From Eledone cirrhosa (lineage: Eukaryota), in NCBI GenBank assembly GCA_964016885.1, contig OZ024743.1:130820001-130884000 (forward strand): a stretch of DNA of 64,000 nucleotides. The letters are read 5' to 3'. This document shows, piece after piece, positions 24,184 to 36,512 of this stretch (position 1 is its first letter; every line of letters starts with the position of its first letter). Under the pieces are notes generated by a model, which was not told where the DNA came from, made no database searches, and worked only from the letters and a program-made list of their open reading frames with translations. The translations under genes and the position numbers were made by a program.

Positions 24184-27100
24184 TTGGTGTTTCCTGTTTG
24201 GTCTTTAGTCTTTGGTGCTTGGTGTTTGGTGCTTGGTGCTTGGTGCTTGGTGTTTGGTGCTTGGTGCTTGGTGCTTTTTGTTTGGTGATTGGTGCTTGGT
24301 GTTTGGTGTTTGGTGCTTGGGGCTTGGTGTTTGGTGCTGCGTACTTGGTGCTTGGTGCTTGGTGCTTGGTGCTTGGTGTTTTGTGTTTGGTGTTTGATGC
24401 TTGGTGTTTGGTGTTTGGTGTTTGGTGCTTGGTGTTTGGTGTTTGATGCTTGGTGCTTGATGCTTGGTGCTTGGTGCTTGGTGTTTGGTGCTTGGTGCTT
24501 GGTGTTTGTACTTGGTGCTTGGTGCTTGGTGTTTGGTGCTTGGTGTTTGGTGCTTGGTGTTTGGTGTTTGCTCTTTGCTGTTTGGTGTTTGGTGTTTGCT
24601 GTTTCGTGTTTGGTGTTTGGTGTTTGCTGTTTGGTGTTTGCTGTTTGGTGCTTGGTGTTTGGTGCTTGGTGCTTGGTGTTTGGTGTTTGGTGTTTGGTGC
24701 TTGGTGCTTGGGGCTTGGTGTTTGGTGCTTGGTGCTTGGTGCTTGGTGTTTGGTGTTTGGTGCTTGGTGTTTGGTGCTTGGTGCTTGGTGCTGGGTGTTT
24801 GGTGCTTGGTGCTTGGTGTTTGGTGCATGGTGCATTGTTTTTGGTGTTTGTCACTTGGTGCTTGGTGCTTGGTGTTTGGTGCTTGGTGTTTGGTGTTTGG
24901 TGCTTGGTGCTTGGTGTTTGGTGTTTGGTGCTTGGTGTTTGGTGTTTGGTGCTTGGTGCTTGGTGTTTGTTGCTCGGTGTTTGGTGTTTGGTGCTTCGTG
25001 CTTGGGGCTTGGTGTTTGGTGCTAGGTGCTTGGTGCTTGGTGCTTGGTGTTTGGTGCTTGGTGTTTGGTGCTTGGTACTTGGGGTTTGGTGCTTGGTGCT
25101 TGGTGTTTGGTGTTTGGTGCTTGGTGCTTGGTGATTAGTGTTTGGTGCTTGGTGCTTGTGGTTTGGTGTTTGGTGCTTGGTGCTTGGTGTTTGGTGCTTG
25201 GTGCTTGGTGTTTGGTCCTTGGTGTTTCGTTTTTGATGTTTGGTGTTTGGTGTTTGGTGTTTGCTGTTTGCTGTTTGCTGTTTGGTGTCTGCTTTTTGGT
25301 GTTTGGTGTTTGCTGTATGGTGTTTGGTGTTTGGTGTTTGGTGTTTCCTGTTTGGTCTTTAGTCTTTGGTGCTTGGTGTTTGGTGCTTGGTGCTTGGTGC
25401 TTGGTGTTTGGTGCTTGGTGCTTGGTGCTTGTTGTTTGGTGATTGGTGCTTGGTGTTTGGTGTTTGGTGCTTGGGGCTTGGTGTTTGGTGCTGCGTGCTT
25501 GGTGCTTGGTGCTTGGTGCTTGGTGCTTGGTGTTTTGTGTTTGGTGTTTGATGCTTGGTGTTTGGTGTTTGGTGTTTGGTGCTTGGTGTTTGGTGTTTGG
25601 TGTTTGGTGTTTGATGCTTGGAGTTTGATGCTTGGTGCTTGGCGTTTGGTGCTTGGTGCTTGGTGTTTGTACTTGGTGCTTGGTGCTTGGTGTTTGGTGC
25701 TTGGTTCTTGGTGTTTGGTGCTTGGTGTTTGGTGCTTGGTGCTTGGTGTTTGGTGTTTGGTGCTTGGTGTTTGGTGTTTGGTGCTTGGTGACTGGTGCAT
25801 GGTGTTTGGTGCTTGATGCTTGGTGTTTGGTGTTTGGTGCTTGGTGTTTGGTGATTGGTGCTTGGTGCTTGGTGCTTGGTGCTTGGTGTTTGGTGTTTGG
25901 TGCTTGCTGCTTGCTGCTTGGTGTTTGGTGCCTGGTGATTGGTGCTTGGTGTTTGGTGCTTGGTGCTTGGTGTTTGGTGTTTGGTGCTAGGTGCTTGGTG
26001 CTTGGTGCTTGGTGTTTGGTGCTTGGTGTTTGGTGCTTGGTACTTGGGGCTTGGTGTTTGGTGCTTGGTGCTTGATGTTTGGTGCTTGTTGTTTGGTGCT
26101 TGGTGCTTGGTGTTTGGTGTTTGGTGCTTGGTGTTTGGTGCTTGGTGCTTGGTGCTGGGTTGTTGGCGTTTGGTGCTTGGTGCTTGGTGTTTGGCGCTTG
26201 GTGCTTGGTGCTTGGTGTTTGGTGCTTGGTGTTTGGTGCTTGGTGGTTGGTGCTTGGTGTTTGGTGCTTGGTGCTTGGTGTTTGGTGTTTGGCGCTTGGT
26301 GCTTGGTGTTTGGTGCTTGATGCTTGGTGTTTGGTGTTTGGTGCTTGGTGTTTGGTGATTGGTGCTTGGTGCCTGGTGCTTGGTGCTTGGTGTTTGGTGT
26401 TTGGTGCTTGCTGCTTGCTGCTTGGTGTTTGGTGCCTGGTGATTGGTGCTTGGTGTTTGGTGCTTGGTGCTTGGTGTTTGGTGTTTGGTGCTAGGTGCTT
26501 GGTGCTTGGTGCTTGGTGTTTGGTGCTTGGTGTTTGGTGCTTGGTACTTGGGGCTTGGTGTTTGGTGCTTGGTGCTTGGTGTTTGGTGCTTGTTGTTTGG
26601 TGTTTGATGCTTGGTGTTTGATGCTTGGTGCTTGGTGCTTGGTGTTTGGTGCTTGGTGCTTGGTGTTTGTACTTGGTGCTTGGTGCTTGGTGTTTGGTGC
26701 TTGGTGCTTGGTGTTTGGTGCTTGGTTCTTGGTGTTTGGTGCTTGGTGCTTGGTGTTTGGTGCTTGGTGCTTGGTGTTTGGTGTTTGGTGCTTGGTGTTT
26801 GGTGCTTGGTGCTTGGTGCTTGGTGGTTGGTGTTAGGTGTTTGGTGCTTGGTGCTTGGTGTTTTGTGCTTCGTGCTTGGTGCTTGGTGTTTGGTGCTTGG
26901 TGCTTGGTGTTTGGTGCTTGGTGTTTGGTGCTTGGTGTTTGGTGTTTGGTGTTTGGTGCTTCGTGCTTGGTGTTTGGTGCTTGGTGCTTGGTGCTTGTTG
27001 TTTGGTGATTCGTGCTTGGTGCTTGGTGTTTGGTGTTTGGTGCTTGGGGCTTGGTGTTTGGTGCTGTATGCTTGGTGCTTGGTGCTTGGTGCTTGGTGTT

Positions 27101-30100
27101 TTGTGTTTGGTGTTTGATGCTTGGTGTTTGGTGTTTGGTGCTTGGTGCTTGGTGTTTGGTGTTTGATGCTTGGTGTTTGGTGTTTGGTGCTTGGTGCTTG
27201 GTGTTTGGTGCTTGGTGCTTGGTGTTTGTACTTGGTGCTTGGTGCTTCGTGTTTGGTGCTTGGTGTTTGTTGCTTGGTGCTTGGTGTTTGGTGCTTGGTG
27301 CTTGGTGTTTGGTGCTTGGTGCTTGGTGTTTGGTGCTTGGTGTTTGGTGCTTGGTGCTTGGTGTTTGTTGTTAGGTGTTTGGTGCTTCATGCTTGGTGCC
27401 TGGTGCATGGTGTTTGTTGCTTGGTGCTTGGTGTTTGGTGTTTGGTGCTTGGTGTTTGGTGCTTGGTGCTTGGTGCTTGGTGTTTGGTGCTTGCTGCTTG
27501 CTTCTTGCTGCTTGGTGTTTGGTGCTTGGTGATTGATGCTTGGTGTTTGGTGCTTGGTGTTTGGTGCTTGGTGCTTGGTGTTTGTTGTTAGGTGTTTGGT
27601 GCTTCATGCTTGGTGCCTGGTGCATGGTGTTTGTTGCTTGGTGCTTGGTGTTTGGTGCTTGGTGCTTGGTGCTTGGTGTTTGGTGCTTGCTGCTTGCTTC
27701 TTGCTGCTTGGTGTTTGGTGCTTGGTGATTGATGCTTGGTGTTTGGTGCTTGGTGTTTGGTGCTTGGTGCTTGGTGTTTGTTGTTAGGTGTTTGGTGCTT
27801 CATGCTTGGTGCCTGGTGCATGGTGTTTGTTGCTTGGTGCTTGGTATTTGGTGTTTGGTGCTTGGTGTTTGGTGTTTGGTGCTTGGTGCTTGGTGCTTGT
27901 TGTTTGGTGTTTGGTGTTTGTTGTTTGGTGATTCGTGCTTGGTGCTTGGTGTTTGGTGTTTGGTGCTTGGGGCTTGGTGTTTGGTGCTGCATGCTTGGTG
28001 CTTGGTGCTTGGTGCTTGGTGTTTTGTGTTTGGTGTTTGATGCTTGGTGTTTGGTGTTTGGTGCTTGGTGCTTGGTGTTTGGTGTTTGATGCTTGGTGTT
28101 TGGTGTTTGGTGCTTGGTGCTTGGTGTTTGGTGCTTGGTGCTTGGTGTTTGTACTTGGTGCTTGGTGCTTGGTGTTTGGTGCTTGGTGTTTGTTGCTTGG
28201 TGCTTGGTGTTTGGTGCTTGGTGCTTGGTGTTTGGTGCTTGGTGCTTGGTGTTTGGTGCTTGGTGTTTGGTGCTTGGTGCTTGGTGTTTGTTGTTAGGTG
28301 TTTGGTGCTTCATGCTTGGTGCCTGGTGCATGGTGCTTGATGCTTGATGTTAGGTGTTAGGTGTTTGGTGCTTGGTGCTTGGTGCTTGGTGCTTGGTGCT
28401 TGGTGTTTGGTGCTTGCTGCTTGCTTCTTGCTGCTTGGTGTTTGGTGCTTGGTGATTGATGCTTGGTGTTTGGTGCTTGGTGCTTGGTGCTTGGTGTTTG
28501 GTGGTTGGTGCTTGGTGCTTGGTGTTTGGTGCTAGGTGCTTGGTGCTTGGTGTTTAGGGCTTGGTGTTTGGTGCTTGGTGCTTCGTGCTTGGTGTTTGGT
28601 GCTTGGTGCTTGGTGTTTGGTGTTTGGTGCTTGGTGTTTGGTGCTTGGTGCTTGGTGCTGGGTGGTTGGCGTTCGGTGCTTGGTGCTTGGTGTTTGGTGC
28701 TTGGTGCTTGGTGCTTGGTGTTTGGTGCTTGGTGCTTGGTGCTTGGTCTTTGGTGCTTGGTGTTTGGTGTTTGGTGCTTGTTGCTTGGTGTTTGGTGCTT
28801 GGTGCTTGGTGATTAGTGTTTGGTGCTTGGTGCTTGGGGTTTGGTGTTTGGTTCTTGGTGCTTGGTGTTTGGTGCTTGGTGCTTGGTGTTTGGTGCTTGG
28901 TGTTTGGTGTTTGCTGTTTGCTGTTTGGTGTTTGGTATTTGGTGTTTGCTGTTTGCTGTTTGGTGTCTGCTTTTTGGTGTTTGGTGTTTGCTCTATGGTG
29001 TTTGCTGTTTGGTCTTTGGTGTTTGGTGTTTGGTGTTTCCTATTTGGTCTTTAGTCTTTCGTGCTTGGTGTTTGGTGCTTGGTGCTTGGTATTTGGTGTT
29101 TGGTGCTTGGTGTTTGGTGTTTGGTGCTTGGTGCTTGGTGCTTGTTGTTTGGTGTTTTGTGTTTGGTGTTTGGTGATTGGTGCTTGGTGTTTGGTGCTTG
29201 GTGCTTGGTGTTTCGTGCTGCGTGCTTGGTGTTTGGTGCTTGGTGCTTGGTGCTTAGTGTTTGGTGTTTGGTGTTTGATGTTTGGTGCTTGGTGCTTGGT
29301 GTTTGGTGCTTGGTCATTGATGCTTGGTGTTTGGTGCTTGGTGCTAGGTGTTTGGTTTTTGGTGCTAGGTGCTTGGTGCTTGGTGTTTGGTGCTTGGTGT
29401 TTGGTGTTTGGTGCTTGGTGCTTGGTGCTTGGTGTTTGGTGCTTGGTTCTTGGTGCTTGGTGTTTGGTGTTTGGTGTTTGGTGCTTGGTGTTTGGTGCTT
29501 GGTGCTTGGTGCGGGGAATTTGGTGCTTGGTGCTTGATGTTTGCTGCATGGTGCTTGGTGCTTGGTGTTTGTCGCTTGGTGCTTGGTGCTTGGTGTTTGG
29601 TGCTTGGTGTTTGGTGTTTGGTGCTTGGTGCTTGGTGTGTGGTGTTTGCTGTTTGCTGTTTGGTGTTTCCTCTTTGCTGTTTGGTGTTTGGTGCTTGGTG
29701 CTTGGTGCTTGGTGTTTGGTGTTTGGTGCTTGGTGTTTGGTGCTTAGTGCTTGGTGTTTGGTGTTTGGTGCTTGGTGCCTGGTGCTTGTTGTTTGGTGTT
29801 TGGTGCTTGGTGCTTGATGTTTGGTGTTTGGTGCTTGGTGTCTGGTGTTTGGTGCTTGGTGTTTGGTGCTTGGTGCTTGGTGTTTGGTGCTTGGTGTTTG
29901 GTGCTTGGTGTTTGGTGTTTGGTGCTCGGTGCCTGGTGCTTGTTGTTTGGTGTTTGGTGCTTGGTGCTTGATGTTTGGTGTTTGGTGCTTGGTGTCTGGT
30001 GTTTGGTGCTTGGTGTTTGGTGTTTGGTGCTTGGTGCTTGGTGTTTGGTGTTTGGTGCTTGGTGCTTGGTGTTTGGTGTTTTGTGCTTGGTGTTTGGTGC

Positions 30101-31359
30101 TTGGTGCTTGGTGTTTGGTGTTTGGTGCTTGGTGCTTGGTGTTTGGTGTTTGATGCTTGGTGTTTGATGCTTGGTGCTTGGTGCTTGGTGTTTGGTGCTT
30201 GGTGCTTGGTGTTTGTACTTGGTGCTTGGTGCTTGGTGTTTGGTGCTTGGTGCTTGGTGTTTGGTGCTTGGTTCTTGGTGTTTGGTGCTTGGTGCTTGGT
30301 GTTTGGTGCTTGGTGCTTGGTGTTTGGTGTTTGGTGCTTGGTGTTTGGTGCTTGGTGCTTGGTGCTTGGTGGTTGGTGTTAGGTGTTTGGTGCTTGGTGC
30401 TTGGTGCTTGGTGTTTTGTGCTTCGTGCTTGGTGCTTGGTGTTTGGTGCTTGGTGCTTGGTGTTTGGTGCTTGGTGTTTGGTGTTTGGTGTTTGGTGCTT
30501 GGTGCTTGGTGTTTGGTGCTTGGTGCTTGGTGCTTGGTGCTTGGTGTTTGGTGTTTGGTGCTTGGGGCTTGGTGTTTGGTACTGCATGCTTGGTGCTTGG
30601 TGTTTGGTGTTTGGTGCTTGGTGTTTGGTGCTTGGTGCTTGGTGGTTGGTGTTTGGTGCTTGGTGCCTGGTGCATGGTGTTTGGTGCTTGATGCTTGGTG
30701 TTTGGTGTTTGGTGCTTGGTGTTTGGTGATTGGTGCTTGGTGCTTGGTGCTTGGTGCTTGGTGTTTGGTGTTTGGTGCTTGCTGCTTGCTGCTTGGTGTT
30801 TGGTGCCTGGTGATTGGTGCTTGGTGTTTGGTGCTTGTTGCTTGGTGTTTGGTGTTTGGTGCTAGGTGCTTGGTGCTTGGTGCTTGGTGTTTGGTGCTTG
30901 GTGTTTGGTGCTTGGTACTCGGGGCTTGGTGTTTGGTGCTTGGTGCTTGGTGTTTGGTGCTTGTTGTTTGGTGCTTGGTGCTTGGTGTTTGGTGTTTGGT
31001 GCTTGGTGTTTGGTGCTTGGTGCTTGGTGCTGGGTTGTTGGCGTTTGGTGCTTGGTGCTTGGTGTTTGGTGCTTGGTGCTTGGTGCTTGGTACTTGGTGT
31101 TTGGTGCTTGGTCTTTGGTGCTTGGTGTTTGGTGTTTGGTGCTTGGTGCTTGGTGTTTGGTGCTTGGTGCTTGGTGATTAGTGTTTGGTGCTTGGTGCTT
31201 GTGGTTTGGTGTTTGGTGCTTGGTGTTTGGTGCTTGGTGCTTGGTGTTTGGTGCTTGGTGTTTGGTTTTTGCTGTTTGGTGTTTGGTGTCTGCTTTTTGG
31301 TGTTTGGTGTTTGCTGTATGGTGTTTGCTGTTTCGTGTTTATTGTTTGCTGTTTGGTGT
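24184..31359 (+). repeat. ~7.2-kb higher-order block, copy 3 (7,176 bp)
   Basis: Offsets 7,176 from copy 2 (21640->28816, 24002->31178) and 12,618 from copy 1. Confidence 0.9.
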
Positions 31360-33055
31360 TTGGTGTTTCCTGTTTGGTCTTTAGTCTTTGGTGTTTGGTG
31401 CTTGGTGTTTGGTGCTTGGTGCTTGGTGCTGGGTGTTTGGTGCTTGGTGCTTGGTGTTTGGTGCATGGTGCATTGTTTTTGGTGTTTGTCACTTGGTGCT
31501 TGGTGCTTGGTGTTTGGTGCTTGGTGTTTGGTGTTTGGTGCTTGGTGCTTGGTGTTTGGTGTTTGGTGCTTGGTGTTTGGTGTTTGGTGCTTGGTGCTTG
31601 GTGTTTGTTGCTCGGTGTTTGGTGTTTGGTGCTTCGTGCTTGGGGCTTGGTGTTTGGTGCTAGGTGCTTGGTGCTTGGTGCTTGGTGTTTGGTGCTTGGT
31701 GTTTGGTGCTTGGTACTTGGGGTTTGGTGCTTGGTGCTTGGTGTTTGGTGTTTGGTGCTTGGTGCTTGGTGATTAGTGTTTGGTGCTTGGTGCTTGTGGT
31801 TTGGTGTTTGGTGCTTGGTGCTTGGTGTTTGGTGCTTGGTGCTTGGTGTTTGGTGCTTGGTGTTTCGTTTTTGATGTTTGGTGTTTGGTGTTTGGTGTTT
31901 GCTGTTTGCTGTTTGCTGTTTGGTGTCTGCTTTTTGGTGTTTGGTGTTTGCTGTATGGTGTTTGGTGTTTGGTGTTTGGTGTTTCCTGTTTGGTCTTTAG
32001 TCTTTGGTGCTTGGTGTTTGGTGCTTGGTGCTTGGTGCTTGGTGTTTGGTGCTTGGTGCTTGGTGCTTGTTGTTTGGTGATTGGTGCTTGGTGTTTGGTG
32101 TTTGGTGCTTGGGGCTTGGTGTTTGGTGCTGCGTGCTTGGTGCTTGGTGCTTGGTGCTTGGTGCTTGGTGTTTTGTGTTTGGTGTTTGATGCTTGGTGTT
32201 TGGTGTTTGGTGTTTGGTGCTTGGTGCTTGGTGTTTGGTGTTTGATGCTTGGTGCTTGATGCTTGGTGCTTGGTGCTTGGTGTTTGGTGCTTGGTGCTTG
32301 GGGCTTGGTGTTTGGTGCTGCGTGCTTGGTGCTTGGTGCTTGGTGCTTGGTGCTTGGTGTTTTGTGTTTGGTGTTTGATGCTTGGTGTTTGGTGTTTGGT
32401 GTTTGGTGCTTGGTGTTTGGTGTTTGGTGTTTGGTGTTTGATGCTTGGAGTTTGATGCTTGGTGCTTGGCGTTTGGTGCTTGGTGCTTGGTGTTTGTACT
32501 TGGTGCTTGGTGCTTGGTGTTTGGTGCTTGGTTCTTGGTGTTTGGTGCTTGGTGTTTGGTGCTTGGTGCTTGGTGTTTGGTGTTTGGTGCTTGGTGTTTG
32601 GTGTTTGGTGCTTGGTGACTGGTGCATGGTGTTTGGTGCTTGATGCTTGGTGTTTGGTGTTTGGTGCTTGGTGTTTGGTGATTGGTGCTTGGTGCTTGGT
32701 GCTTGGTGCTTGGTGTTTGGTGTTTGGTGCTTGCTGCTTGCTGCTTGGTGTTTGGTGCCTGGTGATTGGTGCTTGGTGTTTGGTGCTTGGTGCTTGGTGT
32801 TTGGTGTTTGGTGCTAGGTGCTTGGTGCTTGGTGCTTGGTGTTTGGTGCTTGGAGTTTGGTGCTTGGTACTTGGGGCTTGGTGTTTGGTGCTTGGTGCTT
32901 GATGTTTGGTGCTTGTTGTTTGGTGCTTGGTGCTTGGTGTTTGGTGTTTGGTGCTTGGTGTTTGGTGCTTTGTGCTTGGTGCTGGGTTGTTGGCGTTTGG
33001 TGCTTGGTGCTTGGTGTTTGGCGCTTGGTGCTTGGTGCTTGGTGTTTGGTGCTTG
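31360..33055 (+). repeat. Partial fourth copy of the 7.2-kb block with a 538-bp deletion and a 189-bp duplication
   Basis: The offset to copy 3 changes from 7,176 to 6,638 (25026->31664) and then to 6,827 (25632->32459). The CTGCGTG marker is doubled at ~32,129 and ~32,318. Confidence 0.8.
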
Positions 33056-33749
33056 GTCTTTGGTGCTTGGTGTTTGGTGTTTGGTGCTTGGTGCTTGGTG
33101 TTTGGTGCTTGGTGCTTCGTGATTAGTGTTTGGTGCTTGGTGCTTGTGGTTTGGTGTTTGGTGCTTGGTGTTTGGTGCTTGGTGCTTGGTGTTTGGTGCT
33201 TGGTGTTTGGTGTTTGGTGCTTGGTGCTTGGTGTTTGGTGTTTGGTGCTTGGTGTTTGGTGTTTGGTGCTTGGTGCTTGGTGTTTGTTGCTCGGTACTTG
33301 GTGCATGGTGTTTGGTGCTGGGTGCTTGGTGTTTGGTGCTTGGTGTTTGGTGCTTGGTGTTTGGTGTTTGGTGCTTCGTGCTTGGTGCTTGGTGTTTGGT
33401 GCTAGGTGCTTGGTGCTTGGTGCTTGGTGTTTGGTGCTTGGTACTTGGGGCTTGGTGTTTGGTGCTTGGTGCTTGGGGTTTGGTGCTTGGTGCTTGGTGT
33501 TTGGTGTTTGGTGTTTGGTGCTTGGTGCTTGGTGCTGGGTGGTTGGTGTTTGGTGCTTGGTGCTTGGTGTTTGGTGCTTGGTGCTTGGTGCTTGGTGTTT
33601 GGTGCTTGGTGCTTGGTGCTTGGTCTTTGGTGTTTGGTGTTTGGTGTTTGGTGCTTGGTGCTTGGTGTTTGGTGTTTGGTTTTTGGTGCTTGGTGCTTGG
33701 TGTTTGGTGCTTGGCGCTTGGTGCTTGGTCTTTGGTGCTTGGTGTTTGG

Positions 33750-36512
33750 TGTTTGGTGCTTGGTGCTTGTGGTTTGGTGTTTGGTGCTTGGTGCTTGGTG
33801 TTTGGTGCTTGGTGCTTGGTGTTTGGTGCTTGGTGTTTCGTTTTTGCTGTTTGGTGTTTGGTGTTTGGTGTTTGCTGTTTGCTGTTTGCTGTTTGGTGTC
33901 TGCTTTTTGGTGTTTGGTGTTTGCTGTATGGTGTTTGGTGTTTGGTGTTTGGTGTTTCCTGTTTGGTCTTTAGTCTTTGGTGCTTGGTGTTTGGTGCTTG
34001 GTGCTTGGTGCTTGGTGTTTGGTGCTTGGTGCTTGGTGCTTGTTGTTTGGTGATTGGTGCTTGGTGTTTGGTGTTTGGTGCTTGGGGCTTGGTGTTTGGT
34101 GCTGCGTGCTTGGTGCTTGGTGCTTGGTGCTTGGTGTTTTGTGTTTGGTGTTTGATGCTTGGTGTTTGGTGTTTGGTGTTTGGTGCTTGGTGCTTGGTGT
34201 TTGGTGTTTGATGCTTGGTGCTTGATGCTTGGTGCTTGGTGCTTGGTGTTTGGTGCTTGGTGCTTGGTGTTTGTACTTGGTGCTTGGTGCTTGGTGTTTG
34301 GTGCTTGGTGTTTGGTGCTTGGTGTTTGGTGTTTGCTCTTTGCTGTTTGGTGTTTGGTGTTTGCTGTTTCGTGTTTGGTGTTTGGTGTTTGCTGTTTGGT
34401 GTTTGCTGTTTGGTGCTTGGTGTTTGGTGCTTGGTGCTTGGTGTTTGGTGTTTGGTGTTTGGTTCTTGGTGCTTGGGGCTTGGTGTTTGGTGCTTGGTGC
34501 TTGGTGCTTGGTGCTTGGTGTTTGGTGTTTGGTGCTTGGTGTTTGGTGCTTGGTGCTTGGTGCTGGGTGTTTGGTGCTTGGTGCTTGGTGTTTGGTGCAT
34601 GGTGCTTTGTTTTTGGTGTTTGTCGCTTGGTGCTTGGTGCTTGGTGTATGGTGCTTGGTGTTTGGTGTTTGGTGCTTGGTGCTTGGTGTTTGGTGTTTGG
34701 TGCTTGGTGTTTGGTGTTTGGTGCTTGGTGCTTGGTGTTTGTTGCTCGGTACTTGGTGCATGGTGTTTGGTGCTGGGTGCTTGGTGTTTGGTGCTTGGTG
34801 TTTGGTGCTTGGTGTTTGGTGTTTGGTGCTTCGTGCTTGGGGCTTGGTGTTTGGTGCTAGGTGCTTGGTGCTTGGTGTTTGCTGCTTGGTGTTTGGTGCT
34901 TGGTACTTGGGGCTTGGTGTTTGGTGCTTGGTGCTTGGGGTTTGGTGCTTGGTGCTTGGTGTTCGGTGTTTGGTGCTTGGTGCTTGGTGCTTGGTGTTTG
35001 GTGCTTGGTGCTTGGTGCTTGGTCTTTGGTGCTTGGTGTTTGGTGTTTGGTGCTTGGTGCTTGGTGTTTGGTGCTTGGTGCTTGGTGATTAGTGTTTGGT
35101 GCTTGGTGCTTGTGGTTTGGTGTTTGGTGCTTGGTGCTTGGTGTTTGGTGCTTGGTGCTTGGTGTTTGGTGCTTGGTGTTTCGTTTTTGCTGTTTGGTGT
35201 TTGGTGTTTGTTGTTTGGTGTTTGCTGATTGCTGTTTGGTGTCTGCTTTTTGGTGTTTGGTGTTTGCTGTATGGTGTTTGGTGTTTGGTGTTTGGTGTTT
35301 CCTGTTTGGTCTTTAGTCTTTGGTGCTTGGTGTTTGGTGCTTGGTGCTTGGTGCTTGGTGTTTGGTGCTTGGTGCTTGGTGCTTGTTGTTTGGTGATTGG
35401 TGCTTGGTGTTTGGTGTTTGGTGCTTGGGGCTTGGTGTTTGGTGCTGCGTGCTTGGTGCTTGGTGCTTGGTGCTTGGTGCTTGGTGTTTTGTGTTTGGTG
35501 TTTGATGCTTGGTGTTTGGTGTTTGGTGTTTGGTGCTTGGTGCTTGGTGTTTGGTGTTTGATGCTTGGTGCTTTATGCTTGGTGCTTGGTGCTTGGTGTT
35601 TGGTGCTTGGTGCTTGGTGTTTGTACTTGGTGCTTGGTGCTTGGTGTTTGGTGCTTGGTGTTTGGTGCTTGGTGTTTGGTGTTTGCTCTTTGTTGTTTGG
35701 TGTTTGGTGTTTGCTGTTTCGTGTTTGGTGTTTGGTGTTTGCTGCTTGGTGTTTGCTGTTTGGTGCTTGGTGTTTGGTGCTTGATGCTTGGTGTTTGGTG
35801 TTTGGTGTTTGGTTCTTGGTGCTTGGGGCTTGGTGTTTGGTGCTTGGTGCTTGGTGCTTGGTGCTTGGTGTTTGGTGTTTGGTGTTTGGTGCTTTGTGTT
35901 TGGTGCTTGGTGCTTGGTGCTGGGTGTTTGGTGCTTGGTGCTTGGTGTTTGGTGCATGGTGCTTTGTTTTTGGTGTTTGTCGCTTGGTGCTTGGTGCTTG
36001 GTGTATGGTGCTTGGTGTTTGGTGTTTGGTGCTTGGTGCTTGGTGTTTGGTGTTTGGTGCTTGGTGTTTGGTGTTTGGTGCTTGGTGCTTGGTGTTTGTT
36101 GCTCGGTACTTGATGCATGGTGTTTGGTGCTGGGTGCTTGGTGTTTGGTGCTTGGTGTTTGGTGCTTGGTGTTTGGTGTTTGGTGCTTCGTGCTTGGGGC
36201 TTGGTGTTTGGTGCTAGGTGCTTGGTGCTTGGTGTTTGCTGCTTGGTGTTTGGTGCTTGGTACTTGGGGCTTGGTGTTTGGTGCTTGGTGCTTGGGGTTT
36301 GGTGCTTGGTGCTTGGTGTTCGGTGTTTGGTGCTTGGTGCGTGGTGCTTCGTGCTGGGAGGTTGGTGTTTGGTGCTTGGTGCTTGGTATTTGGTGCTTGG
36401 TGCTTAGTGCTTGGTGTTTGGTGCTTGGTGCTTGGTCCTTGGTCTTTGGTGCTTGGTGTTTGGTGTTTGGTGCTTGGTGCTTGGTGTTTGGTGCTTGGTG
36501 CTTGGTGATTAG
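33750..36512 (+). repeat. ~1.35-1.4-kb tandem duplication (two moderately diverged copies, boundary ~35,092)
   Basis: Offsets 1,343 (33977->35320), 1,350 (34215->35565) and 1,357 (34861->36218). Shared private variants GGTGTATGGTGC and GCATGGTGCTTTGTTTTTGG. Confidence 0.8.
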
